64,000 nt of DNA, taken from contig NC_042999.1 of the NCBI RefSeq assembly GCF_006345805.1, forward strand, positions 132,804,001-132,868,000. Reading direction: 5' to 3'. Made by a program: the position numbers and the translations under genes. Source of the DNA: Octopus sinensis (Eukaryota). Shown here piece after piece: positions 25,694 through 38,931 of this stretch (its first letter is position 1; the number at the start of each line of letters is the position of its first letter). The notes under the pieces are model-generated. The model was not told where the DNA came from. It saw only the letters and a list, made by a program, of their open reading frames with translations, and ran no database searches.

Positions 25694-25945
25694 CTTATAA
25701 TAATTCTTGTCATTACGTTACTTAGCCCGTCGGTAACGCTTTCACGTGATTAGAGAAAAAGACAGAGAAAGACAAAGCGAGAGAGAGAGAGATAATAGTG
25801 GTGGTGGTGATGGTGGTGGCGATGATGTGTGTATAGTGAAAAGTAACTTTGTTTTTATTGGATTAAGTTTTTTATATCACCTTTCACTTAACGCATACGC
25901 ATCCCAAAGTTTCCATTCACTTGAGAGAGAAACCAGTTTCCCGTT

Positions 25946-26119
25946 CGCGGGGCTGTTCTTGCCTGAACCTGTATTCAGCCATGGTCAGCTATATGTTGCA
26001 TTCTCAAGGTCTCGCAAATATCTGATGTGAGAGTTAAAGTTATCAACACTGACAAACAAGGGAAAAGAAGACGGAGAACTAACACGAAGAACACGGTTTG
26101 TAAAGAAGTATTGGATTGA
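25946..26119 (+). mobile_element. Helitron RepHel (PIF1-like helicase) C-terminal fragment
   Basis: AGLFLPEPVFSHGQLYVAFSR (PIF1 motif VI), then after a frameshift VRVKVI...TKNTVCKEVLD*. Confidence 0.8.
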
Positions 26120-26604
26120 AAGGTGTACGCAAATTGAAATGTGTATTGATTCTGTCCCATCGCCTTGGCTTATAAATTACCAGCCATGTGGTTTTCAGAG
26201 TATGTCATGTTACATTAAATTTTTACCCCTGTGAAATTGTGACCCCTGTATTTTACATATAAAATAATTTATTTTAGTATAAAATTTTTGTTTTCTAGAT
26301 ACGAAATTGTGACCATGTAATTTTTTAAACGCAATTTTTTCTCTTTATAGGGAAAATGGGAAAATAAGAGTGAATATTTATTTTATGAGTGCTGTGTATG
26401 AAGTCTATAAAATGTATATATAAAGTGCATTAAGTAATCATCGTATTCCAATTTCCTTCACTTTTCAATGAATAGCAGATGAGCAACTATCTTTGATACA
26501 GATAGAACAAAGGCTACGTTTTCGGGGTTTTTTGGATAAAGTTTTCAGGAATAATCCAATAGGTTTACAATTAATTTCGTTAAATATTCATGTGTCCCAC
26601 GAGA

Positions 26605-26664
<60 letters not shown>

Positions 26665-26856
26665 CGAATGTTCATACACTAAGCATACACCTGTAGATTA
26701 GAGAGTAACAGTTGGGAGAGGGCTCGTGCCTTTTGTGGTCAGGTTCGTCATGGATCTGTAGGGCTCCTTGGTTAGCCCTCGTTGGTGTTCATCTTGCATC
26801 AGGAGGATTTCATCACTCATGTTATCACATATTTTGCATAATGTGTATATTTTTAC

Positions 26857-27427
26857 AAGGCGGCGAGCCTGCAGAAACGTTAGCACGCAGGGCGAAATGA
26901 TAAGCGGTATTTCTTCTGTCTTTTTGTTCGGAGTTCAAATTCCGCCGAGGTCGACTTTGCCTTTCATCCTTTCGGGGTCGATTAAAGAAGTACCAGTTAC
27001 GCACTGGAGTCGATGTAATCGACTTAATTCGTTTGTCTGTCCTTGTTTGTCCTCTCTGTGTTTAGCCCCTTGTGGGTAGTAAAGAAATAGGTATTTCTTC
27101 TGTCTTTATGTTCGGAGTTCAAATTCCGCCGAGGTCGACTTTGCTTTTCATCTTTTTGGGGTCGATAGATTAAGTACGAGTTGCGTACTGAGGTCGATCC
27201 AATCGACTGGTCCCCTCCCCCAAAGTTTCGGACCTTCTGCCTAGAGTAGAAAAAGATTATATATACTTTTATCGCATTTCACCGTCTTTTTCATTTCTTT
27301 CTCTCCATCCTTTTTGTAAATAGCCTCAGAATTGTAGTCTGTCTATGTGAGGCCCCCCTCGCCTACGCCCTTGTGGATAGTAAAAGAAATTATCGTTATA
27401 ATTCTTCTTCTTCTTCTTTTTCTTCTC

Positions 27428-27503
<76 letters not shown>

Positions 27504-28440
27504 GGGCGACGAGCTGGCAGAATCGTTAGCACGCCGGGCGAAATGCTTGGCGGGATTTCGTCTGCCGTTACATTCCGAGTTCAAATTCCGCTGAGGTCGA
27601 CTTTGCCTTTCATTCTTTCAGGATCGATAACATTAATACCAGTTACGCACTGATACTAATTTCATCGTTAGCCCGCCGGGAAAAACGCTTAGAGGCTTTT
27701 TGTCGACTTTGCTTTTTGAGGTCAATAAAATAAGTACTAGTTGATTATAGGAGGGAGGGGGGGCGATGTAATCGACTCCCCCACCCTGAAGTTGCTGGCT
27801 CTGTGCCAAAACTTGAAATCATTATTATTAAAGCGGTGAGCTGGCAGAAACTTTAGAGCGTCGGAAAAAATGCCTTGCGGTATATTTTTACGCTCTAGGC
27901 TAAAATCTCGCTGAGTTCAACCTTGTGTTTCAATCACACAGGACCAGTCAAGTACTAGTGTCTATGTTATCGACTAACACATCCCCTACAAATCGCTGGC
28001 CCTGTGCTAAGATAACAAAGGATTATCATTATTATAGAATGATAATGATTATTTGTAAAGTATAGAAGCCATCTTATCATGGCTAACCACATTGGGGAGG
28101 GGGTGTCACTGTAGCTTTATAGCCCCACGAGATCTTCGTCTCTAGCTGGCTTTAGACACAATATCTGTGTCCTTGGAGTATTTGCAAAGGGAGGCCATCC
28201 CTTCATCGCAAGCCTGAGTGATACGCTCGAAACTAACTGGCAGAACCGTTGCCGCGCCGGGAAAAATGCTTAGCTTCATTTCTTTCGGCTTTACGTTCTG
28301 AGTTCAAATGCCGCCGGGGTCGACTTTGACTTTCATCATTTCGAAGTCGATAAAATAACTATCAGTTGAACACTAGAATCGATGTAATCGACATACCCGC
28401 TTCCCCGAGATTGTTGGCCTTGTGAAAAAATTTGAAATTA
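26857..28440 (+). mobile_element. Cluster of SINE family B copies and fragments with (TTA)n
   Basis: Copies starting near 26857, 27090, 27503, 27830, 28235. Confidence 0.75.
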
Positions 28441-28461
28441 TTATGGAAATTTATATTATAA

Positions 28462-29497
28462 GCGCAGGCGTAGCTGTGTGATAAGAAGCTTGCTTCCCAG
28501 TCACATGGTTCCGGGTTCAGTTCCACTGCGGGGCACCTTGATCAACTGTTTTCTAGTATAGACTTGGGCTGATCAAATCCTTGTGGATGGATTAGGTAGA
28601 AGGAAACTGAAAGAAACCTGTCGTATATATACAGGGTGCGATGAGTAAATTGTCGCCACATTATGTTTTTAATTTCGCGCATGTGCATTGTTTGTTTTTG
28701 ATTTTGTCGACTATACAGTATAGTCAGAAAAAAACAGCACCATGACGCAATTCACACTTCCAGAAATTTGGAAACGACATGCTGTACTTCTTAACGTTCA
28801 CACCGGAAGCTCCAATACGAACTTTTCAGTGTTTGGGTGTCAATCTGAGGACAGTGCAATCTGAGGACTTGTACTTGAAGTGATAAAAATCAGACAACCA
28901 GTCAACATCATGGTGTTTGAAGTGATCACTAGTGATGGCGACGTTATGCCTCCATTCATCTTCTCACACGGCCTTAGACTCAACACGGATGTCTGCATCA
29001 AGTGCATGGAGGAAGTAGTGCTATCTTGTGTCAAGAGGGTGGCTGCTGAAGACCTTATCTCTGGCAACAGGACTCTGTACGATGCCACACAAGCAGGAGA
29101 ACCCAGTATTGGCTGTCAGACAATTTCTGCGACCACACCACTCCTAATATCTGGCTACCTAACTCTCCAGGCTGCAACCCCCTTGGTTATTATATGTGGG
29201 GCGCAGTTGAGCGAGAGGTAAAAAAAAAATTCCTTGTAACACCAAAGATGCACTGAAGGCAAAGGTTATGGCAGCATTCACCAACTTAAACAAGGGGACC
29301 GTCCAGGAGAGTTGCAGAAGATTCCGACGTCGTCTGGAGGCTGTGGTTGAAACCAATGGTAATTTTATTAAATAAATTTACTGTTTAGTATTTCAAGATA
29401 TTTTCATATAATTTGGTAAATATATCTGTTAAAATGAGATGTCAGTGTTATCTTCACTTTTGCGTAATTTAGACAACAATTTATTCACCGCACCATG

Positions 29498-29573
<76 letters not shown>

Positions 29574-29772
29574 TTTGTCCTCCCATCACCGTTTGACAAC
29601 CGGTGTTGGTATGTTTACATCCAAATAACTTAGCGGTTCACCAAAAGAGACCGAGAGAATAAGTAATAGACTTTAAAAATGATATAGCTCCTGGGGTCAA
29701 TTTGTTCAACTAAATATCTCAATGCGGTACTCCAGCATGGCCGCAGTCAAATGACTGAAGCAAGTAAAAGAA
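28462..29772 (+). mobile_element. SINE family A split by a Tc1/mariner insertion
   Basis: Head/body 28462-28630; microsatellite and tail 29498-29772. Confidence 0.8.
28632..29497 (+). mobile_element. Internally deleted Tc1/mariner (maT/DD37D-like) transposon
   Basis: TIRs 'cagggtgcgatgagtaaattgt' / 'acaatttattcaccgcaccatg', TA TSD; frameshifted transposase ..VMPPFIF..WQQDS.RCH..IWLPNSPGCNPLGYYMWG. Confidence 0.85.
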
Positions 29773-31104
29773 TATCATTTATATATATATACACATCTTA
29801 ATTATACGCGTTTGTTGCCGTTTAAATTTTGGCTTCTTTCCTGTCTCCATCATTTAATGTTCTTCATCGATTCTCTCACCCCCTCCTACTACTTCGCTGG
29901 TTTCCATATTTTATCTTTTTTTTTTTACGCCCCTCTTTTCTCTCTATATTCCCAAAGAAAGCAGACATTTAACTACGTGCAAATCAACTTTCAGGTAAGG
30001 CTAGTTCGGTTTAGATCTGTGAAGTAAATGATATCGCTATCACACATACCGAACTGTTTTCTATATCATTACAAGGCACGTCTGCAAGGGGTTTAAACAA
30101 TTTATCCTCTATTGTACAGCTTGTCAACTACAACTGGCGTGCATTGCAGTGTTGCAAGCTTCAGGAGGTGTTCGCCATTGTCACTCATTTACACTGTCAG
30201 TTGGCACAGTGCGTGACTAATCAAACCGAACGAATTCTGCGGCTATTTGCCTAACGTCTGAACGGCCAAATAGTGAATTAGTGACTCTTAAGACCGGTCA
30301 CAGCTATTAATCCGGTGTGGAGTCGATAATCAGTGTTTAGAGAAACGTATATCGGTATTAAACGTAATGTTTATAGTCATGGTTGTTAATTCTGTTGTAA
30401 GTGGTGGTGTTGGTAGTGGGATTGATATCGATGTTATTATCACTATGTTCACCATCGGTTTATTTATTTTTTTTTGTTCTTGGAATCGATATGACTGTTG
30501 ATATTGTTCTTGTGGTTGCTGTGGATATTGTTGATGTTGCTGTTGTGTTTTAGCCCCAGGCCAGCCCTTATCCAGCAGACTTATGATCAAAGGAATTCTA
30601 GTTATGATTATCCTGTTCTGTTTCCTGTTTGTATACCTCGACTACATTTTCTAATATAACCTTCTTTCTTGAAGACAGCGGAGTGAGATTTGAATGCTAT
30701 GTTTCGTAATTTAAATGACCGTCGATTAATTCTAATTAAATTAGTAGTAAATACCAGAAAATTGAATGGACTCGAGATACATTATCCCTTGACGTACATG
30801 TGCACTTAAAATTGAAGACTGGATCTATAATATTTATTCTGCTACTGTATGTTGCTAAAGTTTTAACAAGTCTCAATGCAGTCACTTCAAAACACAAAAA
30901 ACCGCTCTACCCTAAATTTTCTTATTCTTTCTCTTGGTAGCTTAGATCAGTGGTCCTCAAACATTTTTTTGCCTATAGATCCCAATGTACTCAGAGGCGG
31001 GCTGTCATAATAAACTCCTATTATATTTTTATGATTAAGTATTATTAGAAATTGTATAAAAATATGTTTAAATATTTTGTGTAGTGTAGAAATACAAAAT
31101 AATT

Positions 31105-31516
31105 CTTTAGATTTCTTACATTCGACGGATATTTGTCCTTATCTTGTTTGTTGTTAACACAACGTTTCGGCTGATATACCCGCCAGCCTTCTTCAGGTGT
31201 CTTGGGGAGATTTCGAACCTGGGTTCTCATTCCGAAGGTATTTTTCGATCTTATTATTATTATTGTTATTATTGTTATTATTATTGTTATTGTTATTGTT
31301 ATTGTTATTATTATTGTTATTATTATCATTATTGTTGTTGTTATTGTTGTTGTTGTTGTTGTTGTGTTGTTGTTGTTTGTTGTTATTGTTGTTATTGTTA
31401 TTATTGTTGTTGTTGTTCAGGTCACTGCTTGGAACCGAATTTGGGATCTTGGGATTAGTAGCTAGCGCTCTTAACCACTACGCCATATGCCCCGAGTTCG
31501 GCTCCAAGCAGTGACC
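31105..31516 (-). mobile_element. tRNA-headed SINE-like element with hammerhead-bearing tail and inverted partial 5' duplication
   Basis: Minus: tRNA-like head 31492-31420 (A box TGGCGTAGTGG), (AAC/AAT)n, unique tail with HHR; 31491-31516 is an inverted copy of 31420-31445. Confidence 0.65.
31156..31201 (-). ncRNA. Minimal type-I hammerhead ribozyme, canonical core
   Basis: GACAC-CTGAAGA-A-GGCTG(GCGGGTATAT)CAGCC-GAAAC-GTT-GTGTT; stem I GACAC/GTGTT, palindromic stem III AACGTT, GUU triplet. Confidence 0.75.
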
Positions 31517-31884
31517 ATAATAATATTGCATCGCATGTCCACATCGCATGTCCGTCGGTCAACCTTTGTCCCTTCGTGTTTAAGTACACAGGTCTTGGAT
31601 TGTTAGACATGGCACCACCTACCAGTCGTCTAATTATGGTGACGTATCTGTTGCTTCCGAGACTGAATTTTTAGAAGAGTAATGCACTCAGCACTATCAA
31701 GCGCAGCGAGAAAAACCAAGCATTTATTAGTGATACATTTCCGATCTGTGACTAAGGCTTTCACTTCGAGAATTTGGATTTACAATCATCAAAGGCTCAA
31801 TATATGAAAGAGAAGGGTATTACTGTTAGATTCTATAGGATAGCTACCAGCATGCTAATACAAAAATTAAGGAGTCCACCTTTC

Positions 31885-32346
31885 AGGCTTGACTGTGTTG
31901 TTAAGTAGGTCGCTTCGTGACCGAGTGGTTTCGGATTCACTCCCACTGCTTGGTATCTTCGGCAAGTGTTTTTCTACTACAGCTCCGGGCCGAGCCCGAT
32001 CAATGTTATGTAAGTAAATTTCGTAGACTTTGATGTATGAATGTCCCTATCCCTCATATGTGTGTGTGTGTTTGTATATTTATCCACCACCGCTTGACAA
32101 CCGGCATTGGTTTGGTTGTGTCTCTGTAATTTAGCGGATCAACGAAAGTGACAAACAGAATAAGTCCCAGACTTAAAAAAACAAGTAATTTGCTCGACTA
32201 AAAGTTTTAAGGCGGTACCCCAGCCATGTCCGCAATTGAATGACTGAGAGGAGTAAAATATAAAGGATAAAAAAAAAATTCGCAACATAGGCGCAGGAGT
32301 GCGCTTGCTGACCAGCCACATAGTTCCGGGTTCAGTCCCACTGCGT

Positions 32347-32388
<42 letters not shown>

Positions 32389-32420
32389 GTGTGTGTGTGT
32401 GTGTGTGTGTGTGGTGGTGT

Positions 32421-32498
<78 letters not shown>

Positions 32499-32697
32499 TG
32501 TTTGTCCCCCTAGTACTGCTTGACAACCGATGCTGGTGTGTTTACGTCCCCGTCACTTAGCGTTTCGGCAAAAGAGAGTGATAGAATAAGTACTGGGCTT
32601 AGAAAGGATAAGTCCCTGGGTCGATTTGCTCGACTAAAGGCGGTGCTCCAGCATGGCCGCAGTGAAATGACTGAAACAAGTAAAAGAGTAAAAGAGT
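31885..32697 (+). mobile_element. Two tandem SINE family A copies (older 31885-32270, younger 32289-32697)
   Basis: Family A heads and tails; second copy ends in 'gtaaaaga' repeats. Confidence 0.8.
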
Positions 32698-33267
32698 AAC
32701 CTTAAGTTTCCGGCAATGGTCCTATTGTGTAGGATCTTGTATTACTGTCTCGATTCAACTCAGATAAGACAAGTAGAAGCGGGTACCATGGAACTGCTTG
32801 TACGTGTAATTCCAAAACCTAGGTTTCTTAACGGACTGTATCTGTCTGAATATTACGTGTAACATACGAATAAATGTAGCTTACTCAACCGTTTAGGCTG
32901 AGCAAGTATAACACAGCGTGTATGGTAATTCAGATAAGCGAAAATTTGGAACAGTTGTCTTCGAAACCGACGCAAAATCCATTGGAAAATATAAAGAAAG
33001 AACATCACATGCTCATTATTTAAACATACGTTTATACAATTTCTCTTATTATTTATTACAACTTTCAAAAACTATAATACAACTCGTACATTTCTATCCT
33101 AATAGCAGACTGAAGATTAACGACCATATGTTAAAGATTTATTTCAAACTAAATTCAATTATATCAAACCGAACTCAATATTTCTCCCACGTGGTAAACA
33201 ATCTCAAAACATTTTTCAAGCACAAACGCTTAACGACTTATTGCAACAAATACAATCATAGCAAGAA

Positions 33268-33760
<493 letters not shown>

Positions 33761-34207
33761 ACGAAAACGAAGAAAGAGAGATAACTCAGAGCGACCTGTG
33801 ACTTCTATTTTAACACTACAGACGAAATAGAGTATGTAAGTATATAAAGTAACATACAAGAGAAAATCCCGATTTATTTTAACAGTCTCGACTTCCACTC
33901 GAGATAATGTGGACTTCTACTCGAGATAATCAGGAACAGCGTATTCTCCAAAACTGGCTCGCAGTTAAGGAAAGGGCAGTCTGATCTTCTAAAATCAAGA
34001 TGACCGCTGTTGGAACATGTTTCTGCCTCAACAAGCGTTAAAAGCGAAAAATATACAATATACTATATATATATATATATATATAGTGATAGTGAATTCA
34101 TAAAAAACAATCAATTAAAAAAAGACGAACAAGAAAATTAAGGGACAAGAAGAGATGCACCAGGAACAAGGAATGTATTAGCTTGGTGCTCGGTAAAAAG
34201 AGAGAGC

Positions 34208-34239
34208 TTGATTTTTCGAGCAAAGGTCTTCGTCGGAAT
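34208..34239 (-). ncRNA. Decayed hammerhead motif (CCGACGA core)
   Basis: Minus ATT-CCGACGA-A-GACC(TTT)GCTC-GAAAAATC-AAG in a diverged copy (34095-34285) of the 25-213 element. Confidence 0.35.
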
Positions 34240-34569
34240 GGAGGAAGGAAAAAGTCCAAAGAAGGAAAAGAAATCGCCAACAGCACGTGTATAATTAAAT
34301 TGCTGACACACACACCACACACATATATATATATATATATAAACTTACTTTTCAGATAATAACTGGTTTCATGTATAATTACTGATTCTTTAATTTTTAG
34401 ATTTCATTTCATTGATTTCCTTATTCAGCTTACTTCTTTATATTTTTAACTCTGCTTGAAGATGATGCTTGCTTTTGCCAGAATGTAATCTAAGATTGCA
34501 ACGATAAAATGCAGCCGAAGAACTTGTGTTCTTCTTCATACATATACATACATGCATGCATACATACAA

Positions 34570-34893
34570 CACTGCTTAAATACCAATCTTGAGACATTAG
34601 GTTTCTGAAAACCAGAAAGTTGATTCTGAGGCTACAGAGCCAATCTATCAATTGGAACTGTCAAAATCTGTAAAACTTTCCAGAAGTTTATCATTTAAGT
34701 TTATATAAATGAACATGTCTAGAAATGCATGAGAATACATACATGAAACAATACATAAAAATCTGCACATATACTTACATACAAAAATACTCTGTTGATG
34801 TTGAAATTCCAATGAAGGAGCCTCGGATCTAGGTAAGAAACCGGCTCTTTCTCGATTGGCAACAAATCTTGAAATAAAACTGAATAATGACAT
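34570..34893 (+). mobile_element. 3' fragment of an R4/Dong-like element
   Basis: HCLNTNLETLGF...GTVKICKTFQKF + 3'UTR; homologous to 35386-35995 (-). Confidence 0.75.
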
Positions 34894-35348
34894 AAACGCG
34901 CACACACACACACACACACACACACCACATATGTATATGTATGTGTCTATATGCGTCTCTGTATGAAAATATACATGTCGACGGGAGTGACCATCTGACG
35001 TTTGTTTAAATTTATCTCTAGATTTCTTGCCAATGAAGAACGAGCTGGCTTCTAAACTTTATCCAAGGCAACATAATTGGAATTACAACTGCATCGAAAG
35101 GGTTGTGTATGTGAGTGCGAGTATATGCAGTCAGTATGCTTGCAGATCCGTACGTTTTGTTCTATGCATGCATACTCATACATATAGTGTCAGGTCTTGA
35201 AATGTTCATTTGTAGTTATGTGTTAAAATTTCAGAAGTATAAATACATACAGAAAGTATAAATACATGTATGCATGCTTGTATATATGTATCTACACATG
35301 TATATATTTATGTATGTACACATGTATGTATGTATGTATGTATGTATG

Positions 35349-35384
<36 letters not shown>

Positions 35385-35385
35385 T

Positions 35386-35995
35386 ATGTCATTATTCAGT
35401 TTATTTCAAGATTGCTTGCCAATAGAGAAAGAACCGGTTTCTAACCTAAATCCAAGGTTCCTTCATTGGAATTTCTACATCAACAACAGGGTATTTTTGT
35501 ATGTATGTATGTATGTATGTATGTATGTATGTATGTATGTATGTATGTATGTATGTATGTATGTATGTATGTATGTATGTATGTATGTATGTATGTATGT
35601 ATGTATGTGCAGATTTGTATGTTTTGCTTTATGTATTCTCCTGCATATAGTTGCATAGCTAGACATGCTCATATATATATTTAGATGATAAACTTCTGGA
35701 AAATTTTTACAGATTTTTACAGTTCCAGTGAGGGATTGAATCTGTAGCCTTCGAATTAGCTTTCTCCTTTCTTGTTTTGAGAAGCCTAATTTCTCAAGAT
35801 TAGTATTTAGGCAGTGTGTTACATATCCCAGAGCCCCAATAATTACATGTATAAACCTGAGCTTGTAATCTGGACAGAGTAACTGTAGATTTCTCAATAG
35901 TTCAGTATAGGTGTTTTCTTTTTCACTGATCTTCAGCTTTATGTTAATATCAGCTGGGCAGTTAATTTCTACAGCTGTGCAAAGTTACTCTTCTC
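35386..35995 (-). mobile_element. 3' fragment of an R4/Dong-like element (RLE C-terminus + 3'UTR)
   Basis: AVEINCPADINIKLKISEKENTYTELLRNLQLL..IIGALGYV..LQIQSLTGTVKICK; bounded by (TATG)n at both ends. Confidence 0.8.
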
Positions 35996-36114
35996 TATGT
36001 ATGTATGTATGTATGTATGTATGTATGTATGTATGTATGTATGTATGTATGTATGTATGTATGTATGTATCTATGTATGTATGCATGCATTCATACATCT
36101 ATACATCTATGTTA

Positions 36115-36495
36115 TTCTATTATTTGTTTCAGTCATTTGGTTGGAGTCATGCCAGAGCACCGCCTTAAAGGGGTTTTAGTAGCAGAAATTGACTGCAGGT
36201 CTCATTTCTTTTTGTTAGCCTAGTACTTCTATCGGTTTCTTTTATCGAACCACTAAGTTACAGTGACGTAGTCAAACCAACAACGGTTGTCAAGCGATGG
36301 TTGGGGGACAAACACTGACACTAAGACACACACACACGCGTATAAGTATGTGTGTGCGTTTGTGTGTACACGACAAATTATTTTCAATTTCAGTCTACCA
36401 AATCCACGCACAAGGCTTTGGTCGGCCCGAGGCTATTACAGAAGGCACTTGCCCAACGTGCCACGCAGTGGGACTGAATCCGGAACCAAGTGGTT
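36115..36495 (-). mobile_element. SINE family A
   Basis: Minus-strand body and tail. Confidence 0.8.
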
Positions 36496-37077
36496 GAATA
36501 TATGAATGTTTGTTTGTATACATATATTTATGTACGTATTTATATGTATATACAGGATCTATTCTGTTCGTACCTGAGACATTGGCAATGCGTTGCAGAT
36601 CGACTCCAGTTTGTAAGATCATTCTGAACAAATTATACACTTGTGAGCGGGTGCGCTTCGTGTGTATGTGTGAAGGAGAGAGAGAAAGAAAGAGAGACAG
36701 ACAGACAGAGATAGAGAAATTGAGGACAGCACGAATAAGATGTAAGGATGTCCCATAGTCATGATGCTGGAATGGGACTACAGAAAGAAGCATGGAATAT
36801 GTTGGAATCTTCTCCTGCATGAATCTCTTGAAATATAACTAAGCATATGAAGTGTTAAACATTGGTGATAAGATGATCAATAAAACATAGTACACAAGTG
36901 TATGTAAGTATGTATGTATGTATGTATGTATGTATGTATGTATGTATGTATATGTGAGGAAGTAAATGTGAAAATGCACCAACATATATGTTTAGGTATA
37001 CACATACACTTAAGAAAAGACACTCAAATTCATATATATGTGTGTGCATATATATATGTGTGGTATAATATATATAT

Positions 37078-37113
<36 letters not shown>

Positions 37114-38226
37114 TATGTGTATATAGGGTGTATTATATGTGTTGTATGTGTGAGTGTGTGATAAATTATATATATATATCATATAATATATATTTATGTA
37201 AAATATATTATATATGCATATTTATATCCATGCATGTGTCTGTGTGTGTATGTGTGTGCGTGCATGTGCCTGTGTGTGTATGTGTGTGCGTGCGAAGTTT
37301 CCTCTCCAGTAGTAATTAAATTGTTAAAAAGAAACGGTTTTCTAAAATGTGTTAGGGAAATACACTTAGCGAAAATTTGTAAAGAAAAATCAAAGAATTC
37401 ACAGGGAGCAGACAAGAATTGTGAATAGAAGGAAACTAACTGAAAGCATTCAACTTGAATGGTAGTCAATACTGGCGCCATTTACAAGAGAGAGATCTAA
37501 ATGTCATCCCTTTGGGGCTGATGGTTGGCCGACTCATTGAGCAGTGTTGCTCGTTCATAGAGGGTTCTTGCTTTACTACTGTTATTACTAATACAGGCAG
37601 ACATCTTGTCTCGCCAGCCGAAACATGGCAACCGATTTTAGCATAAGAAGACATCAAAACAGATTTTCTTTGGATTTTTTTTTCATGTGCTGATAAGCAT
37701 GTTTAAACGCATATAGTGTCCGTTTGAACGATGAGAAATGTTGGCCTCCTCATTTGAAGTTTGAAAAGAAATCGAGGGTAAGTAGGAAGAAGGAAAGTAA
37801 AACAGAATTTGATTAAAATATACGCGAAAAATATGTAATGAAGTGCTGAACAGAGAGATGCGGTTTCTGGAATTTTCTAGGAAGCAGAAGCTGGCTAGAC
37901 AATTTCAGAAATCTTTAGAAATGGCAGCTAGCATAGGGAACTCCGTCATTAAGATGCGATACGAGTAAGACTAGCGATGAGAGTATAAAATTGTTCAAAT
38001 TTGCGTGTGTGTGTGTGTGTGTGTGTGTGAACTAAACACAGACACCGTTTATACCTACGCCATTCAAGGCCCACTCTTGATGTGCTTTGATTCTTAAGAA
38101 TCATCATAAACAATTATACACACACACACATATGTAAGTATGTATATATATATATATGTATATATATATAGATGTATGTATTTATATATATGTATGTATG
38201 TATATATGTATGTATGTATTTATATG

Positions 38227-38274
<48 letters not shown>

Positions 38275-38276
<2 letters not shown>

Positions 38277-38680
38277 TAAAAAGAATTCCAACCTTGTCTG
38301 ATTTTCACGTTTTATTTACAATCTTATAATGATATATTAAAGATAATATATTATAATTGAATAAAATAAAATGAAATAGTAGAATGTTAAATATTCATTC
38401 TGATTGAACTAGTACTTTCATGCATTGAATTCTGCAATCTTCGGGTTCATGTAGTAGTGTTGACAGTCATGCTTCACAATTTTTGACTGTAGCAAGATGA
38501 TTGATTCTGTGCTATAAATACAGCTGGGTAGGCTCCAGAGTGCTAGGTTTTGCAAACTGTATTCTGACCAATCAGTGTGTAGTATCACTCAATTACTTAA
38601 GCTGATTGGTTGGTTGAGCTGATTGGTTTAGGCATCACGCTTTGTTGGACATGTCAAGAGTCCTGTATCTTGACCCTGGC
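38275..38680 (-). mobile_element. Solo LTR-like (PLE pLTR-like) unit
   Basis: Minus: two CCAATCAGC boxes (~38601-38630), TATTTATA (~38513-38520), HHR 38405-38449, AATAAA (~38311-38316), then (TA)n. Confidence 0.55.
38405..38449 (-). ncRNA. Minimal type-I hammerhead motif (CCGAAGA core)
   Basis: TGAAC-CCGAAGA-T-TGCA(GAATTCAA)TGCA-T-GAAA-GTAC-TA-GTTCA; 5-bp stem I, palindromic stem III AGTACT, CUA triplet. Confidence 0.7.
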
Positions 38681-38839
38681 CGAAGCAGCAATTGTTGGTT
38701 ATTTTTTAGAAATGTTGTAAATATCCTTTGTCAGAGATTTTTATATTTTTATATTTCAATTGTCATCATCATCATCATTTTTTTTTTTTATTAATATATT
38801 CTTCTATACACACACACCCAATATATATAATATATATAT

Positions 38840-38870
<31 letters not shown>

Positions 38871-38876
38871 GTATAT

Positions 38877-38931
38877 ACTCGTATCACTGTGATTTCGAAC
38901 TTGAGAAACACTTAGTTCATCTTCAGCGAGT
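38877..38931 (-). ncRNA. Type-I hammerhead ribozyme, canonical core
   Basis: ACTCG-CTGAAGA-T-GAACT(AAGTGTTTCTCA)AGTTC-GAAA-TCAC-A-GTGA-TA-CGAGT; all three stems pair, AUA triplet. Confidence 0.8.

Noticed and set aside
30949-31000. 'cagtggtcctcaaac' hAT-like TIR
   Set aside because: No matching right TIR or 8-bp TSD found
34450-34525. TTGAAGA...GCC-GAAG with an internal hairpin
   Set aside because: Both core boxes imperfect and no stem I; too degenerate to call
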